Numbered from the stretch's first letter, positions 1 to 9,844 are shown. The stretch: 32,000 nt of DNA from Candidatus Electronema halotolerans (GCA_942493095.1 OW818675.1:1830001-1862000), one strand, 5' to 3'. Numbers and translations are program-made. Notes: generated by a model from the letters alone, not told the origin.

Positions 1-800
1 CCTCCGATGTAGTCGTACATATAGAACGAGGCAAGATACTTGGCCGGATCGTCCATCGGGCTGCCCGCGCCTGTAACCGCGATGAGATGCTTGGCCGGAT
101 TCAGCCCGGCCTCAGTCAGGGCCGCCCGGACCAAGTCCTCGTTGGTGCGGGTTTCAAGGGTAGTGCCGCTCTTAGAAACTACGTTGATCAGGGTGCGGGA
201 CAGATCAAGGCTGGCCAGCACAGCCGCAGCGTCGTCCGGGTCAACATTGGCGATGAACTTGGCCGAACGTCCTGGCAGACAGTATTTCTCCAAGGCTAAA
301 TACAAGGCGCGGGGGCCGAGGTCAGAGCCGCCAATGCCCACTTGCAGCATGGTGGTGAACGGTTCGCCTTTGGCATTGCAAATTGCGCCGCTTTCTATCT
401 CGGCAAGAAAGGCTTGCAGCCGAGCGAGCTGCTCCTTGGCCTGCGCAGTCGCTTCCGGGGCAAGGGGCGCATCGCTGAAAATATCCCGGCAGGCGGTGTG
501 CAGAACCTGCCGCTCCTCGCTGGCATGACCGACGATCCGGTTCATGACCTTGCCGCGCTTCATGGCCTTGAACTGGTCAACCAAGCCAGCCTCGTCCGCC
601 AAATCCTGCAAGGCGGTCAGGACACTGTCATCAACCCGCTGCGTTCCATAAAGCAGATCAAAACCGCAGGCTGAGGCTCGACAAGCAGCAATCCGTTCCG
701 GCGGCAAACTGTCAGACCGGGCCAGATTACAGGGATTCTGCGCCAGCTCTGTCAGCCACTGGACGGTCTTCAGTTCGACAAAATTCTTCCAATGCTTCAT
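1..800 (-). CDS. pgi: glucose-6-phosphate isomerase, N-terminal 266 codons (3' end runs off the window)
   Basis: Absent from the ORF track because it is open at the window edge. My minus-strand translation from the ATG at 800-798 reads MKHWKNFVELKTVQWL...MLQVGIGGSDLGPRALYLAL...FIANVDPDD...TLINVVSKSGTTLETRTN...YMYDYIGG. IGIGGSDLGP and SKSGTT.ET are PGI signatures. AAGGAG lies 6 nt upstream of the ATG. Confidence 0.85.
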   Translation of the reverse strand, partial: MKHWKNFVELKTVQWLTELAQNPCNLARSDSLPPERIAACRASACGFDLLYGTQRVDDSVLTALQDLADEAGLVDQFKAMKRGKVMNRIVGHASEERQVLHTACRDIFSDAPLAPEATAQAKEQLARLQAFLAEIESGAICNAKGEPFTTMLQVGIGGSDLGPRALYLALEKYCLPGRSAKFIANVDPDDAAAVLASLDLSRTLINVVSKSGTTLETRTNEDLVRAALTEAGLNPAKHLIAVTGAGSPMDDPAKYLASFYMYDYIG

Positions 801-817
801 GATCATCTCCTTTTTTT

Positions 818-1093
818 TCACCAGACCAGCAAATCTAACGAATACAGATATGCGAATGCCAGCAGAGAGCCGACTATGCCCAGCCAGACATCGTCCCAGC
901 TCCAGAGCTGCTTGCTCCAGAGATCAAGGGCCTCTTTGACCACATTGACCACAATGCCGGAAAGATAGAGCGGCGGCCAATACACGCCCAGCAGGGTGAG
1001 GGCAAAGCCCCAGAAAAAGTGCGCTTGGAGGTCGAAGCGGAAAATTCGCATCACGATCTCGCCCCAGTGCTTGTATCGCTCCAGCAGGCTCAT
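818..1093 (-). CDS. small hydrophobic membrane protein (91 aa), unknown family
   Basis: ORF-track protein with about 3 hydrophobic segments ([24 protein letters not shown]; [15 protein letters not shown]). Its ATG overlaps the rpe stop (ATGA), and it ends 17 nt before pgi, consistent with an rpe-orf-pgi operon. Confidence 0.5.
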   Translation of the reverse strand: MSLLERYKHWGEIVMRIFRFDLQAHFFWGFALTLLGVYWPPLYLSGIVVNVVKEALDLWSKQLWSWDDVWLGIVGSLLAFAYLYSLDLLVW

Positions 1094-1758
1094 TGCTTGA
1101 ATCCAGCCAGCTCCTTCATCTCCCGGATCACGGCGGCGTAATCCGGCTGACCATAGACAGCCGAACCAGCCACAAAGATATTGGCTCCGGCCTCAGCCAT
1201 TGCCTTGATCGTCTTGGGACTGATGCCGCCGTCAATTTCAATCCCTGCCGCCGGGTTGACCTGATCAAGCATGGCCCGCAGCTTGCGGCACTTGCCGAGC
1301 GTGGATTCAATGAAGGACTGGCCGCCAAAGCCAGGATTGACGCTCATCAGCATGACCAAATCCACTTCTTCGAGCACGTATTCCAGCGCAGAGAGCGGCG
1401 TGGCCGGATTCAGGACTGCGCCCGCCTTTTTGCCCAATTTGCGGATCGCGTTCAAGGTTCGGTGGAGATGGACGCAGGCTTCGGCATGAACCGTGATCCA
1501 GTCTGCCCCGGCCTCAGCAAAATCCTGCACATAGCGGTCCGGTTCAGTGATCATCAGGTGGACATCCAAGGGCAGCTTGGTCACTTGCCGGGCCGCCTTG
1601 ACCACCAGCGGGCCAATGGTGATGGCTGGAACAAAATGCCCGTCCATCACGTCAATATGGATAACATCAGCCCCAGCCTCCTCCACTGCCTTGATCTCCT
1701 CGCCAAGGCGGGAGAAATCAGCGGAAAGGATGGAAGGGGCGAGCATGAGGTTTTTCAT
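1090..1758 (-). CDS. rpe: ribulose-phosphate 3-epimerase
   Basis: 222 aa. Contains [39 protein letters not shown] and IEIDGGI, the canonical Rpe TIM-barrel motifs. Confidence 0.95.
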   Translation of the reverse strand: MKNLMLAPSILSADFSRLGEEIKAVEEAGADVIHIDVMDGHFVPAITIGPLVVKAARQVTKLPLDVHLMITEPDRYVQDFAEAGADWITVHAEACVHLHRTLNAIRKLGKKAGAVLNPATPLSALEYVLEEVDLVMLMSVNPGFGGQSFIESTLGKCRKLRAMLDQVNPAAGIEIDGGISPKTIKAMAEAGANIFVAGSAVYGQPDYAAVIREMKELAGFKQ

Positions 1759-1990
1759 GGTCTTTCCTTTGCTTCAACAGGAACGGCGCAGCAGGATTTT
1801 GTGCCGACAGAATATATCGAGAAACTTACCACGATCAGGCTTGCGCTGGCAAGGGGAGTTCAACAGCGGCGACAGGCGAATGAACATAACCGGTCTGCAG
1901 ATGCGCATTTTTTTATTTTCCTCAGCCAGTCTTCCTGATAAGCTGCACCGGACATCTCCTTCAATCTCAACAGCCAGCAGGCAGCCCATA

Positions 1991-3577
1991 ATGAGCAGCA
2001 CCTTGCAGCAGGAAATCCAGCAACGCCGCACCTTCGGCATCATCAGCCACCCGGACGCAGGCAAGACCACTTTGACTGAAAAGCTCCTCCTCTTTGGCGG
2101 GGCCATCAACATGGCCGGGGCGGTCAAGTCGCGCAAGACGGCCCGCCACGCCACCAGTGACTGGATGAGCATTGAGCAGGAGCGCGGCATCTCGGTCACC
2201 ACCTCGGTGATGAAGTTCAACTACCGCGACTTTGAAATCAACCTCTTGGACACGCCCGGCCATCAGGATTTCTCGGAAGACACCTACCGCGTTCTGACAG
2301 CGGTTGACTCGGCCCTGATGGTGATTGACTCGGCCAAGGGCGTGGAGGCGCAGACCACCAAGCTGATGGAGGTCTGCCGGATGCGCAACACGCCGATCAT
2401 CACCTTTATCAACAAGCTCGACCGGGACGGCCTGAATCCGTTCGACATTCTTGCCGATATTGAGGAAAAGCTCCAGATTGAGTGCGCGCCGCTCTCGTGG
2501 CCCATTGGCATGGGCAAGGGCTTCAAAGGAGTTTATGACCTGCGCCGCAATGAGCTGAATTTGTTCACGCCCAGCCGCGACACCCGTCCCGAAGACCGCA
2601 TTGTCGTCAAAGGCTTGGATGATCCGCGCTTGGACGAGCTGCTGGGACGCGATGCCGAACAGCTCCGCGAAGATGTGGAGCTGCTGCACGGCGCAGCCAA
2701 TCCTTTTGAATATGAGCAGTATCTGAAAGCTGGCCAGACCCCGGTCTTCTTTGGCAGCGCGATCAACAACTTTGGCGTGCGCGAGCTGCTCGACAACTTT
2801 GTCGAGCTGGCCCCGCCGCCCGGCCCGCGTCAGACCGTCAGCCGGATGGTCGCGCCGGACGAGGAGGCATTCAGCGGCTTTGCGTTCAAGATTCAGGCCA
2901 ACATGGACCCGGCTCATCGCGACCGCATCGCCTTTTTCCGCATCTGCTCCGGCAAGTTCATCCGGGGCATGAGGGTCAAGCACCACCGCCTTGGCAAAGA
3001 GATCAACCTCAGCAATGCCACGGTCTTCATGGCCCAAGAGCGCAGCCATGTGGATGAAGCCTATCCCGGCGACATCATCGGCATTCACAATCATGGCACG
3101 ATCAAGATCGGCGACACCTTCACCGACAAGGAGCCGCTCAAGTTCACTGGCATTCCCAACTTTGCCCCGGAGCACTTCCGCCGCGTCCTGCTCAAGAATC
3201 CGCTCAAGACCAAGCAGCTTGCCAAGGGCCTTGTGCAGATGGCCGAGGAAGGCGCAGTGCAGGTCTTCCGCCCGGTGCTTGGCAATGACTACATCCTCGG
3301 CGCAGTCGGTGTGCTCCAGTTTGAAGTGACAATGGCCCGGCTCAAGGCGGAGTACGGCGTGGAGGCAGTGATTGAGGGGACGAACTGGAACCTTGCCCGC
3401 TGGGTGAGCTGCGCTGATCCGAAGCGGCTCAAGGCCTTTGAGGCCAAGAATCAGGGCTATTTAGCCTTTGACGCAGAAGGGCATCTGACCTTCCTCTCCG
3501 ACGGCCAGTGGCGGCTCAAGCATGTCGGCGAGCTGTTCCCGGAGATAGTCTTTCATAAGACGCGGGAGCATGATTGA
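1991..3577 (+). CDS. prfC: peptide chain release factor 3 (GTPase)
   Basis: The ORF-track frame is open from 1547, but homology starts at [37 protein letters not shown] (ATG at 1991). G-motifs are [12 protein letters not shown] and NKLD. The 528-aa length is typical of RF3. Confidence 0.93.
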   Translation: MSSTLQQEIQQRRTFGIISHPDAGKTTLTEKLLLFGGAINMAGAVKSRKTARHATSDWMSIEQERGISVTTSVMKFNYRDFEINLLDTPGHQDFSEDTYRVLTAVDSALMVIDSAKGVEAQTTKLMEVCRMRNTPIITFINKLDRDGLNPFDILADIEEKLQIECAPLSWPIGMGKGFKGVYDLRRNELNLFTPSRDTRPEDRIVVKGLDDPRLDELLGRDAEQLREDVELLHGAANPFEYEQYLKAGQTPVFFGSAINNFGVRELLDNFVELAPPPGPRQTVSRMVAPDEEAFSGFAFKIQANMDPAHRDRIAFFRICSGKFIRGMRVKHHRLGKEINLSNATVFMAQERSHVDEAYPGDIIGIHNHGTIKIGDTFTDKEPLKFTGIPNFAPEHFRRVLLKNPLKTKQLAKGLVQMAEEGAVQVFRPVLGNDYILGAVGVLQFEVTMARLKAEYGVEAVIEGTNWNLARWVSCADPKRLKAFEAKNQGYLAFDAEGHLTFLSDGQWRLKHVGELFPEIVFHKTREHD

Positions 3578-3610
3578 TCATCTGCTCTGGCTTAAAGATG
3601 ATGTTCTTTC

Positions 3611-3653
3611 ATGCGCAGATGAAGCGTCAGCAGCTGACACGCCATCTGCGCAT
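3611..3653 (+). terminator. long imperfect hairpin 34 nt after the prfC stop (possible terminator)
   Basis: ATGCGCAGATG (3611-3621) pairs with CATCTGCGCAT (3643-3653), with an inner GCGTCAG/CTGACaCGC stem. Only a weak T tract (TT) follows. Confidence 0.3.
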
Positions 3654-3985
3654 TTCGCCCACCGCATCCTTTGGCAGCAGCCGCAACAATTCGATTGACA
3701 AAATACCCGCCGCGTTTTAGTTTTCGCTGGATGCAGCACTGCCCTTCCGCATCTCTCCTCATCCTCACGCCGGAGAACGATCATGTTGACTATTCTATGG
3801 CAGCCTGTCGTGAATGCTCACCAGTGCAGTTGCTGCGGAGAATCTTGCTGAACTGATCAGTCTGACACGGGACAACTACAGCGGCAGACTGGTGGATATA
3901 TTGGACATCAGTCTGCCATAAGGCGCAGGCGTGAATCTGCGCATATCAATTTGACTTGCAGAATAAAGGTAAAGGAACAACATTC

Positions 3986-5281
3986 ATGCACATCAACACC
4001 TACGACCTGAACACACTCACAGCAACGGACAAGGCCAGAATCCTGCGCCGTTCCGAATTGGACATTGAGAGCTTTCAAGAGACTGTCCGGCCCGTGATCC
4101 GCGACGTGCGCGAGCAGGGTGATCAGGCCCTGATCGACTATTGCGCCAAGTTCGACAAAGTGACCATGCCTGCCTCTGCCCTGCAAGTGACTGAGGCGGA
4201 GTTTGCCCAGGCCGAGCGCAATCTCGACCCGGCCATCAAGGCGGTGATCGAGCGGGCAGCGGTCAATATCCGCAAGTTTCATCAGGCTCAGATGCCGGAG
4301 GAGATGTGGTTCACCGAGATTGAGGACGGCGTTCTGGCGGGCGAGAAGATCACCCCGATCACTTCGGTCGGCATTTATGTGCCGCGTGGCAAAGGCTCTT
4401 TCCCCTCGGTCATGCTGATGCTCGGCATTCCGGCAGTGATTGCCGGGGTGCCGGAAATCATCATCTGCACCCCGCCCACGCCTGAAGGGGGCGTTGATGA
4501 TGCCTCGCTCTTCACGGCCAAGGTCTGCGGCATTGAGACGGTCTATAAAGTCGGCGGGGCGCAGGCAATTGCGGCGATGGCCTTTGGCACCGAGACGGTG
4601 AAAAAGGTGCATAAGGTGATCGGGCCGGGCAATGCGTATGTTTCAGCAGCCAAACGCCTGCTTTACGGCCACTTGGACGTGGGCACTCCGGCTGGTCCGA
4701 GCGAGTCGATCATCCTCTGCGACGAGAGCGTTGATCCGAAAATCGCGGCCTTGGATTTGCTGATCGAGGCCGAGCATGGCCCGGATTCCACCGCCCTTTT
4801 GGTCACGCATTCACGCGAGCTGGCGGATAAGGTCAAAGCTCTGCTGCCGGACTTGATTGCTGATCTGCCGGAGAAGCGGCAGGAATTCTGCAAGACCGTG
4901 TTCTCGAACTACGGCGGCATTGTCCTGACCGCAGATTTGGCGGCCTCGATTGATTTTGTCAACGACTTTGCCCCGGAGCATCTGGAGGTGCTGACAGCCG
5001 AGCCGATGCTGGTTCTGCCGAAAATCCGCAATGCCGGAGAAATCCTGCTCGGCCAGCACACGCCGATTTCAATTGGCAACTACGCCTTGGGCGTGAACGC
5101 CATTCTGCCAACCGGCGGTTTTGCCAAAACTTTTTCCTGTGTCACGGTCTTTGACTTTCTCAAACGCTCGTCTATTGGCTATATGTCCAAAGCAGGCTAC
5201 GACAGCCTGAAAGATGTGGTGCGGCAGTTTGCCGAGTATGAGGGCTTTCAGTCGCATGCGAATGCGATTCGCAAGCGCTGA
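3986..5281 (+). CDS. hisD: histidinol dehydrogenase
   Basis: The ORF is open from 3956. I prefer the ATG at 3986 (MHINTYDL), which is preceded by AAAGGAAC. HisD-typical stretches include GIYVPGGKG-like IYVPRGKGSFPSVMLM, YKVGGAQAIAAMAFGT, GPGNAYV, AGPSE and EAEHGPDS. Confidence 0.92.
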   Translation: MHINTYDLNTLTATDKARILRRSELDIESFQETVRPVIRDVREQGDQALIDYCAKFDKVTMPASALQVTEAEFAQAERNLDPAIKAVIERAAVNIRKFHQAQMPEEMWFTEIEDGVLAGEKITPITSVGIYVPRGKGSFPSVMLMLGIPAVIAGVPEIIICTPPTPEGGVDDASLFTAKVCGIETVYKVGGAQAIAAMAFGTETVKKVHKVIGPGNAYVSAAKRLLYGHLDVGTPAGPSESIILCDESVDPKIAALDLLIEAEHGPDSTALLVTHSRELADKVKALLPDLIADLPEKRQEFCKTVFSNYGGIVLTADLAASIDFVNDFAPEHLEVLTAEPMLVLPKIRNAGEILLGQHTPISIGNYALGVNAILPTGGFAKTFSCVTVFDFLKRSSIGYMSKAGYDSLKDVVRQFAEYEGFQSHANAIRKR

Positions 5282-5296
5282 GATGGTGGCAAGGGA

Positions 5297-5322
5297 GGGC
5301 GATGCTTGTGCTCGCCCTTTTC
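5297..5322 (+). terminator. intrinsic terminator after hisD
   Basis: AGGGCGA (5297-5303) pairs with TCGCCCT (5313-5319) across a 9-nt loop, followed by TTTTCGC. It starts 16 nt after the hisD stop. Confidence 0.5.
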
Positions 5323-5631
5323 GCATCGTGCGATTCAAGTTAAATGCGTGATGCTAATGCGCTCGCATTGCAGAGACTAATTGCTTCGCAAAGCGGGTCA
5401 TTTCATAGAATTGCTGTCGGTTTCCTGATTCAGCAACACCAAGGAGGGAGACCGACAGATTTTGCAGCAATGGATTGCTGATCACTTCGGCCCAGTCCAT
5501 GCGGCACTCCTGCTGCTGAAGAAAATTCTGTTGGCGGCGGAACTCGAATTTTCCAACATCCTGCGCCAATCCAGCACGCTCCGAACCGTCATGCTGTCAG
5601 AAGGCAGCCTTCGCCTCGTCAGCGGCAGCAG

Positions 5632-6477
5632 TCATATTTTCCTTTCCCGCACAATAAAACGCGCCACTATATTGAGCAGCAGCACAGCGGTCATGATAAG
5701 CAGCGAGGCTCCCCAAGCAATCTGATTCCAGTCATCATAAGGGGACATGGCGTACTGATAAATGGTGACAGTCAGGTTGGCAAGCGGTTCATTCAAAGAC
5801 TTCATCATATAGGAGCTGTTCAGGGCCGTGAAGAGCAGCGGCGCGGTCTCGCCGCTGACTCTGGCCACTGAGAGCAGCACCCCGGTGATCAGGCCGGACT
5901 TGGCAGCCCGGAAAATGATGTTCAGGGTGGCCAACCAGCGCGGATTGCCAATTGCCAAGGCTGCTTCGCGCAGAGCGTTGGGCACCATGCTCAACATGTC
6001 CTCGGTGGTGCGGGCTACAACCGGAAACATGAGGATTGCCAAGGAAACCCCGCCTGCCCAACCGGAAAAACTGCCAAACGGATAGACCAGAATCGAATAA
6101 ACAAAAAGGCCAAGAATGATGGAGGGAATGCCCATCAGGACATTGACCGTGAAGCGCACCCAGGCACCGAGGCGGCTGTGCTTGCCAAATTCAGCCAAAT
6201 AAACCCCGGCCATCAGTCCGGCTGGCACACCAAGGAGAACGGCGATGCCTGTCATGAGCACGGTGCCGAGAATGGCGTTGGCCACGCCGCCGCCTTCCAT
6301 GCCGGGCGGAGTGGGCAGCTGGGTGAAAAACTGCCAGTTGATCGCAGCAATGCCCCGGTCCACCACCACAAAAAGAATCCAGCCAAGAAAAAATATGCCG
6401 AGCAGGGCGGCGCAAACCGATATTGCCTTGACTGTCCAGTCAAGCAGCTTGCGGCTTTTGTCTGATCGCGGAATCAC
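5632..6477 (-). CDS. pstA: phosphate ABC transporter permease PstA
   Basis: 281-aa polytopic membrane protein with the EAA-type loop (EAALAIGNPRWLATLNIIFRAAKSG) typical of PstA. GTG start overlaps the pstC stop. Confidence 0.9.
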   Translation of the reverse strand: MIPRSDKSRKLLDWTVKAISVCAALLGIFFLGWILFVVVDRGIAAINWQFFTQLPTPPGMEGGGVANAILGTVLMTGIAVLLGVPAGLMAGVYLAEFGKHSRLGAWVRFTVNVLMGIPSIILGLFVYSILVYPFGSFSGWAGGVSLAILMFPVVARTTEDMLSMVPNALREAALAIGNPRWLATLNIIFRAAKSGLITGVLLSVARVSGETAPLLFTALNSSYMMKSLNEPLANLTVTIYQYAMSPYDDWNQIAWGASLLIMTAVLLLNIVARFIVRERKI

Positions 6478-7433
6478 AGCAGATCACCTCCCATCTTTCT
6501 TTTCACCCGCTTGAGCCAGAGCTGGGTGACGATTTGCAGGACAAAGGTCATCAGGAAGAGGACCAAGCCCAACTCCATCAGGGCACTCAGATACATTGGT
6601 TCTGCCGCCTCGGCAAATTCATTGGCCAAACGGGAGGCAATGCTGTTGCCTGCCTCGAACAGGGAAATGAAAATGTCGCTGCTGTTGCCGATGACAAAGG
6701 TCACAGCCATTGTCTCGCCGATGGCCCGGCCCAAACCGAGCAGGCAGGCTCCGATCATGCCTTGGATGCCGTAGCGGATGGTCACGTCCTTGGTCACTTC
6801 CCAAGTGGTCGCGCCCATGCCGTAGCCCGCCTCTTTCATCACATCCGGCACCATAGCAAAGACATCCCGCATCACGGTGCTGATAAAGGGCAGAATCATC
6901 AAAGCCAAAATAATTCCGGCGGTCAACATGCCGATGCCCATTTCCGGCCCTTGAAAGAGCGGCAGCCAGCCGAGATATTCAGAGAGCAGGGGCTGGACAT
7001 AATCGGCCATGAAGGGCGCAAAGACAAAGAGTCCCCACATGCCGTAGATGATGCTTGGCACAGCGGCCAGCAGCTCAATGGCATTGCCGACCAAGTAACT
7101 GATCTTGGGCGGAGCCAGCTCAACTAAGAATAGAGCAATGACCATGCTCAGGGGCACTGCTAGGAGCATGGCAATGGCGGTGGACATCAGGGTGCCGTAG
7201 ATGCTGCTCAGGGCACCGAAGTTCTGGCTGACCGGATCCCAAGCCGTGGAAAAAAGAAAGCTGATGCCGAATGCTTTGATAGAGGGCAGCGAGTTCCAGA
7301 CCAAGGAAATAAAAATGCCTGCCATGATCAGCAGGACCAGACCTGCGCAGGCAGCGGTGATGCCCCGGAACAGCAAGTCGGTGCTGCGGCTGGTCTTCCA
7401 GCCCTGATGCCTTCCTGTTGTGCTGTGCTCCAT
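6474..7433 (-). CDS. pstC: phosphate ABC transporter permease PstC
   Basis: 319-aa polytopic protein. KEAGYGMGATTWEVTKDVTIRYGIQG and RAIGETMAV are PstC-type motifs. ATG start at 7433. Confidence 0.9.
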   Translation of the reverse strand: MEHSTTGRHQGWKTSRSTDLLFRGITAACAGLVLLIMAGIFISLVWNSLPSIKAFGISFLFSTAWDPVSQNFGALSSIYGTLMSTAIAMLLAVPLSMVIALFLVELAPPKISYLVGNAIELLAAVPSIIYGMWGLFVFAPFMADYVQPLLSEYLGWLPLFQGPEMGIGMLTAGIILALMILPFISTVMRDVFAMVPDVMKEAGYGMGATTWEVTKDVTIRYGIQGMIGACLLGLGRAIGETMAVTFVIGNSSDIFISLFEAGNSIASRLANEFAEAAEPMYLSALMELGLVLFLMTFVLQIVTQLWLKRVKRKMGGDLL

Positions 7434-7478
7434 AAAATCAGTTCACGTGGAATTCAGTCTTGTTCAGGGCCGTTTCTA

Positions 7479-7721
7479 TTACAGCCGCTCTTCCTTGAGG
7501 CAGAAATGCAGGTCATTCAGGTGCATGGCCCGGACCCGCTTAGGAGTCCAGTGATGCTTCTGGATCAAATAATACCAGATCGCCTCCAAACCGGAAACCT
7601 GTTCATAGCCTTCCCGCTTGGCCAGCCGGTCGCCCAGCTCCGCCATGAGCTGTTTGCAGATGTTGTCAGCATGCTCAATCTCAGTCTTGTCAGATTTGGC
7701 TTTCACCTTGCATTTACTCAC
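7479..7721 (-). CDS. 80-aa hypothetical soluble protein embedded in the pst operon
   Basis: GTG start with GGAGG 7 nt upstream. It lies 88 nt downstream of pstS and 46 nt upstream of pstC on the same strand. The product is charged and non-repetitive (MSKCKVKAKSDKTEIEHADNICKQLMAELGDRLAKREGYEQ...). I recognise no family. Confidence 0.5.
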   Translation of the reverse strand: MSKCKVKAKSDKTEIEHADNICKQLMAELGDRLAKREGYEQVSGLEAIWYYLIQKHHWTPKRVRAMHLNDLHFCLKEERL

Positions 7722-7808
7722 AACCTTGCCTCCGATTAAAACAAAAGTGCGGGCAGGAAGACCGCCTTCCTGCCCGTTGCTCTCCTGATCAGTCTTGCCG
7801 CTGCAAGA

Positions 7809-8864
7809 TTATTTTGCCGGCCAGACCGAGCTGCCGCCTGCGCTGATTTTCTTGGCCCAGGCTGCTTCAACCATCTCCACCACCTTGTCCGGCATGGAAA
7901 CGTAATGCAGCTTCTCAGCAGTCTCCTTGCCGTGCTTGTAGCACCAGTCAAAGAACTTGAGCATGGCCTGAGCAAGATCAGCTTTTTTCTGCTGTTTATG
8001 GAGAAGAATATACGAAACGCCAGTGATCGGCCAGCTGTCCTTGCCCGGCTGATCCGTCAGATACATGGCAAAACCGTCCTCAGCCTTCCACTCGGCATTG
8101 GCCGCAGCCGCCTGAAAACTTTCAATGGTCGGATCAACCTCGCCGCCGTCCCGATTTTGCAGTTTGACATGAGCCATCTTGTTCTGCAAGGCGTAGGCGT
8201 ATTCAACATAGCCAATTGAGCCGTTGACCTTGCGCACATAGGCGGAAACACCCTCGTTGCCTTTGCCGCCCACGCCGGTCGGCCAAGAAACCGTCTTGCC
8301 CTCGCCGACCTTGTCCTTCCATGCCGGGGAGACTTTGGTCAGATAGTTGGTGAAGATGCTGGTTGTGCCGGAACCGTCAGCCCGATGCACCACGGTGATC
8401 TTCTTGCCCGGCAGCTTGAGGCCCGGATTCAACCCAGCAATGGCGGCATCATTCCACTTGCTGATCTTGCCCAAGAAGATGTCAGCCAGCACCGCATTGC
8501 TCAGTTTCATTTCCCCGGCCTTGATGCCTTTGACATTGATGATCGGCACCACCCCGCCCATGATCATCGGAAATTGCAGCAGTCCGGCCTTATCCAGCTC
8601 CTGTTTTTTCAGCGGCGCATCAGACGCGCCAAAGTCAACCGTCTTGGCCTTGATCTGAGCAATGCCGCCGCCAGAGCCGATGGACTGATAGTTGAGCTGC
8701 ACCCCGGTCAGCCCGTGGTACTGGTGCGCCCACTGCGCATAGACTGGAAAAGGGAAGGAAGCGCCTGCCCCGTTGACTGACAGGGCTGCCCCAGCTGGAG
8801 CGGCGACATGCAGCACAGCGGCAACTGCGGCTGCGGTAATCCAGCGAACTGCATTCATTCTCAT
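7809..8864 (-). CDS. pstS: phosphate-binding periplasmic protein PstS
   Basis: The ORF is open to 8900 (GTG). I prefer ATG 8864 (MRMNAVRWITAAAVAAVLHVAAPAGA, a signal peptide), which is preceded by AAGGTG. NGAGASFPFPVYAQWA, YQSIGSGGG, FGASD and HRADGSGTT are PstS hallmarks. Confidence 0.9.
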   Translation of the reverse strand: MRMNAVRWITAAAVAAVLHVAAPAGAALSVNGAGASFPFPVYAQWAHQYHGLTGVQLNYQSIGSGGGIAQIKAKTVDFGASDAPLKKQELDKAGLLQFPMIMGGVVPIINVKGIKAGEMKLSNAVLADIFLGKISKWNDAAIAGLNPGLKLPGKKITVVHRADGSGTTSIFTNYLTKVSPAWKDKVGEGKTVSWPTGVGGKGNEGVSAYVRKVNGSIGYVEYAYALQNKMAHVKLQNRDGGEVDPTIESFQAAAANAEWKAEDGFAMYLTDQPGKDSWPITGVSYILLHKQQKKADLAQAMLKFFDWCYKHGKETAEKLHYVSMPDKVVEMVEAAWAKKISAGGSSVWPAK

Positions 8865-9180
8865 AAGATACACCTTGCTTGAGGTTGGCTTCTTCTGCAC
8901 GTTTATATTTTATAAACAACTTGCGTGCAGAGTTCAATCTTTTCCTGAGGCAATATGCAGAGGTTTTGTTAGAAAATGATGAAGAAAAGATAAAAATAAA
9001 CTGATCAGGAAAAAAATGCCGGGCAGGATGCTGCCAAGGGCAGCCAGCGGCGATGTGATTTTTTTCCCGGCCTGATTGACAGATCGTCCAAGCATGCTTA
9101 TTGGTTTGAGGCGCAGGAAAGCAGCTCTGCGGCGGAGCAGAGTCCAAACAAGGCCTGCGAAAAAATAGCATGGCACCTGC

Positions 9181-9208
9181 TTGACAGAAAACAAATCGTG
9201 CTTAAATT
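9181..9208 (+). promoter_or_regulatory. candidate sigma70-type promoter upstream of hsp20
   Basis: TTGACA (9181-9186), a 16-nt spacer, then TAAATT (9203-9208), about 85 nt upstream of the hsp20 ATG. Confidence 0.3.
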
Positions 9209-9253
9209 ACAGATAACCAAGAAGGGAGCAGTACGATTCCTGAACAGCAAATT

Positions 9254-9262
9254 TGATATAAT
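9254..9262 (+). promoter_or_regulatory. extended -10 element (TGaTATAAT) proximal to hsp20
   Basis: TGATATAAT at 9254-9262. AAGGAGG follows at 9281-9287 and the ATG at 9293. No good -35 element. Confidence 0.3.
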
Positions 9263-9292
9263 CTTGACATTATTTGCGTAAAGGAGGTAATC

Positions 9293-9730
9293 ATGAACCT
9301 GTCAGTATGGGATCCGTTCCGGGAGATGGAAGCGCTGTTAGACAGATACAGCAGATCAGCACGAAAAACAGCGGCTGCTGGCGACAGCAAAGCGATTGAG
9401 TCGGGTGACTGGACACCGGTCGTCGATATTGTCGAGAACGAAGGCAGCTTCATTGTCCGAGCCGAACTGCCTGGCGTGGCCAAGGATGATGTGAAAGTGC
9501 ATATCGACAACGGCATTCTCACCATCAAGGGCGAAAAAAAGGTGGAGAGCAAGGATGAGAAGCGGCATCGGGTCGAATGTCTGTACGGCTCCTTTGTCCG
9601 CAGCTTCACGCTCCCCCAAGATGTGGACGTGGAAAAGGTTGAAGCTGGATATAAAAACGGCATTCTCAGCCTGACTATTCCCAAGCTGGAAAAGGCCAAG
9701 CCGAAGCAGATCGAGGTGAAGGTTAGCTGA
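9293..9730 (+). CDS. small heat-shock protein, Hsp20/alpha-crystallin family
   Basis: 145 aa. The alpha-crystallin core reads WTPVVDIVENEGSFIVRAELPGVAKDDVKVHIDNGILTIKGEKK...YGSFVRSFTLP...GILSLTIPK. Strong SD (AAGGAGG). Confidence 0.93.
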   Translation: MNLSVWDPFREMEALLDRYSRSARKTAAAGDSKAIESGDWTPVVDIVENEGSFIVRAELPGVAKDDVKVHIDNGILTIKGEKKVESKDEKRHRVECLYGSFVRSFTLPQDVDVEKVEAGYKNGILSLTIPKLEKAKPKQIEVKVS

Positions 9731-9814
9731 TTCGCCGTCTATGGCAAAGCAGCAAGATGTCTTCAGCATGGTTGTTATCGGGAAACACTCAACAGGGTGA
9801 CGACTGTATTTCGA

Positions 9815-9836
9815 GCGCAGCGAGAAATCGCTGCGC
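9815..9836. terminator. GC-rich hairpin between convergent hsp20 and the Aas-like gene
   Basis: GCGCAGCGA (9815-9823), GAAA loop, TCGCTGCGC (9828-9836). It sits between the stops at 9730 (+) and 9845 (-). T tracts are weak on both sides. Confidence 0.35.
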
Positions 9837-9844
9837 GCTCTTCA

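Noticed and set aside
1547-1990. 148-codon N-terminal extension of the prfC ORF in the track (676 aa)
   Set aside because: The extension ([18 protein letters not shown]...) is antisense to rpe and to the intergenic region, and has no RF3 similarity. Homology begins at the ATG at 1991.
1093-3175. Long antisense ORFs over rpe and prfC (1093-1938 +, 1967-3175 -, and others)
   Set aside because: These are shadow ORFs typical of GC-rich DNA. Their products are low-complexity and R/A/G-rich, and they fully overlap confidently identified genes.
3578-3856. 68-aa and 61-aa ORFs in the prfC-hisD spacer
   Set aside because: They overlap each other on opposite strands, have no SD, are Cys/Arg-rich with odd composition, and coincide with hairpin repeats. 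They are more likely non-coding.
5354-5569. 71-aa ORF downstream of pstA
   Set aside because: It has a TTG start and only a distant GGAG, I recognise no family, and it is Q-rich. It cannot be supported as a gene, though it cannot be excluded either.
9170-9187. Sigma54-like TGGCAC...TTGA and Pho-box-like CTGTCAAgcagGTGCCAT (minus strand)
   Set aside because: The GG-to-GC spacing is one nt short of the -24/-12 consensus and GC is replaced by GA. The Pho-like dyad matches 6/7 and 5/7 but lies about 320 nt from the pstS start. Too weak to call without a PWM scan or experiments.
8635-9194. 178-aa and 86-aa ORFs in the pstS-hsp20 divergent spacer
   Set aside because: They overlap the pstS 5' end and the promoter region, and their composition is unlike that of a protein. 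Likely spurious.
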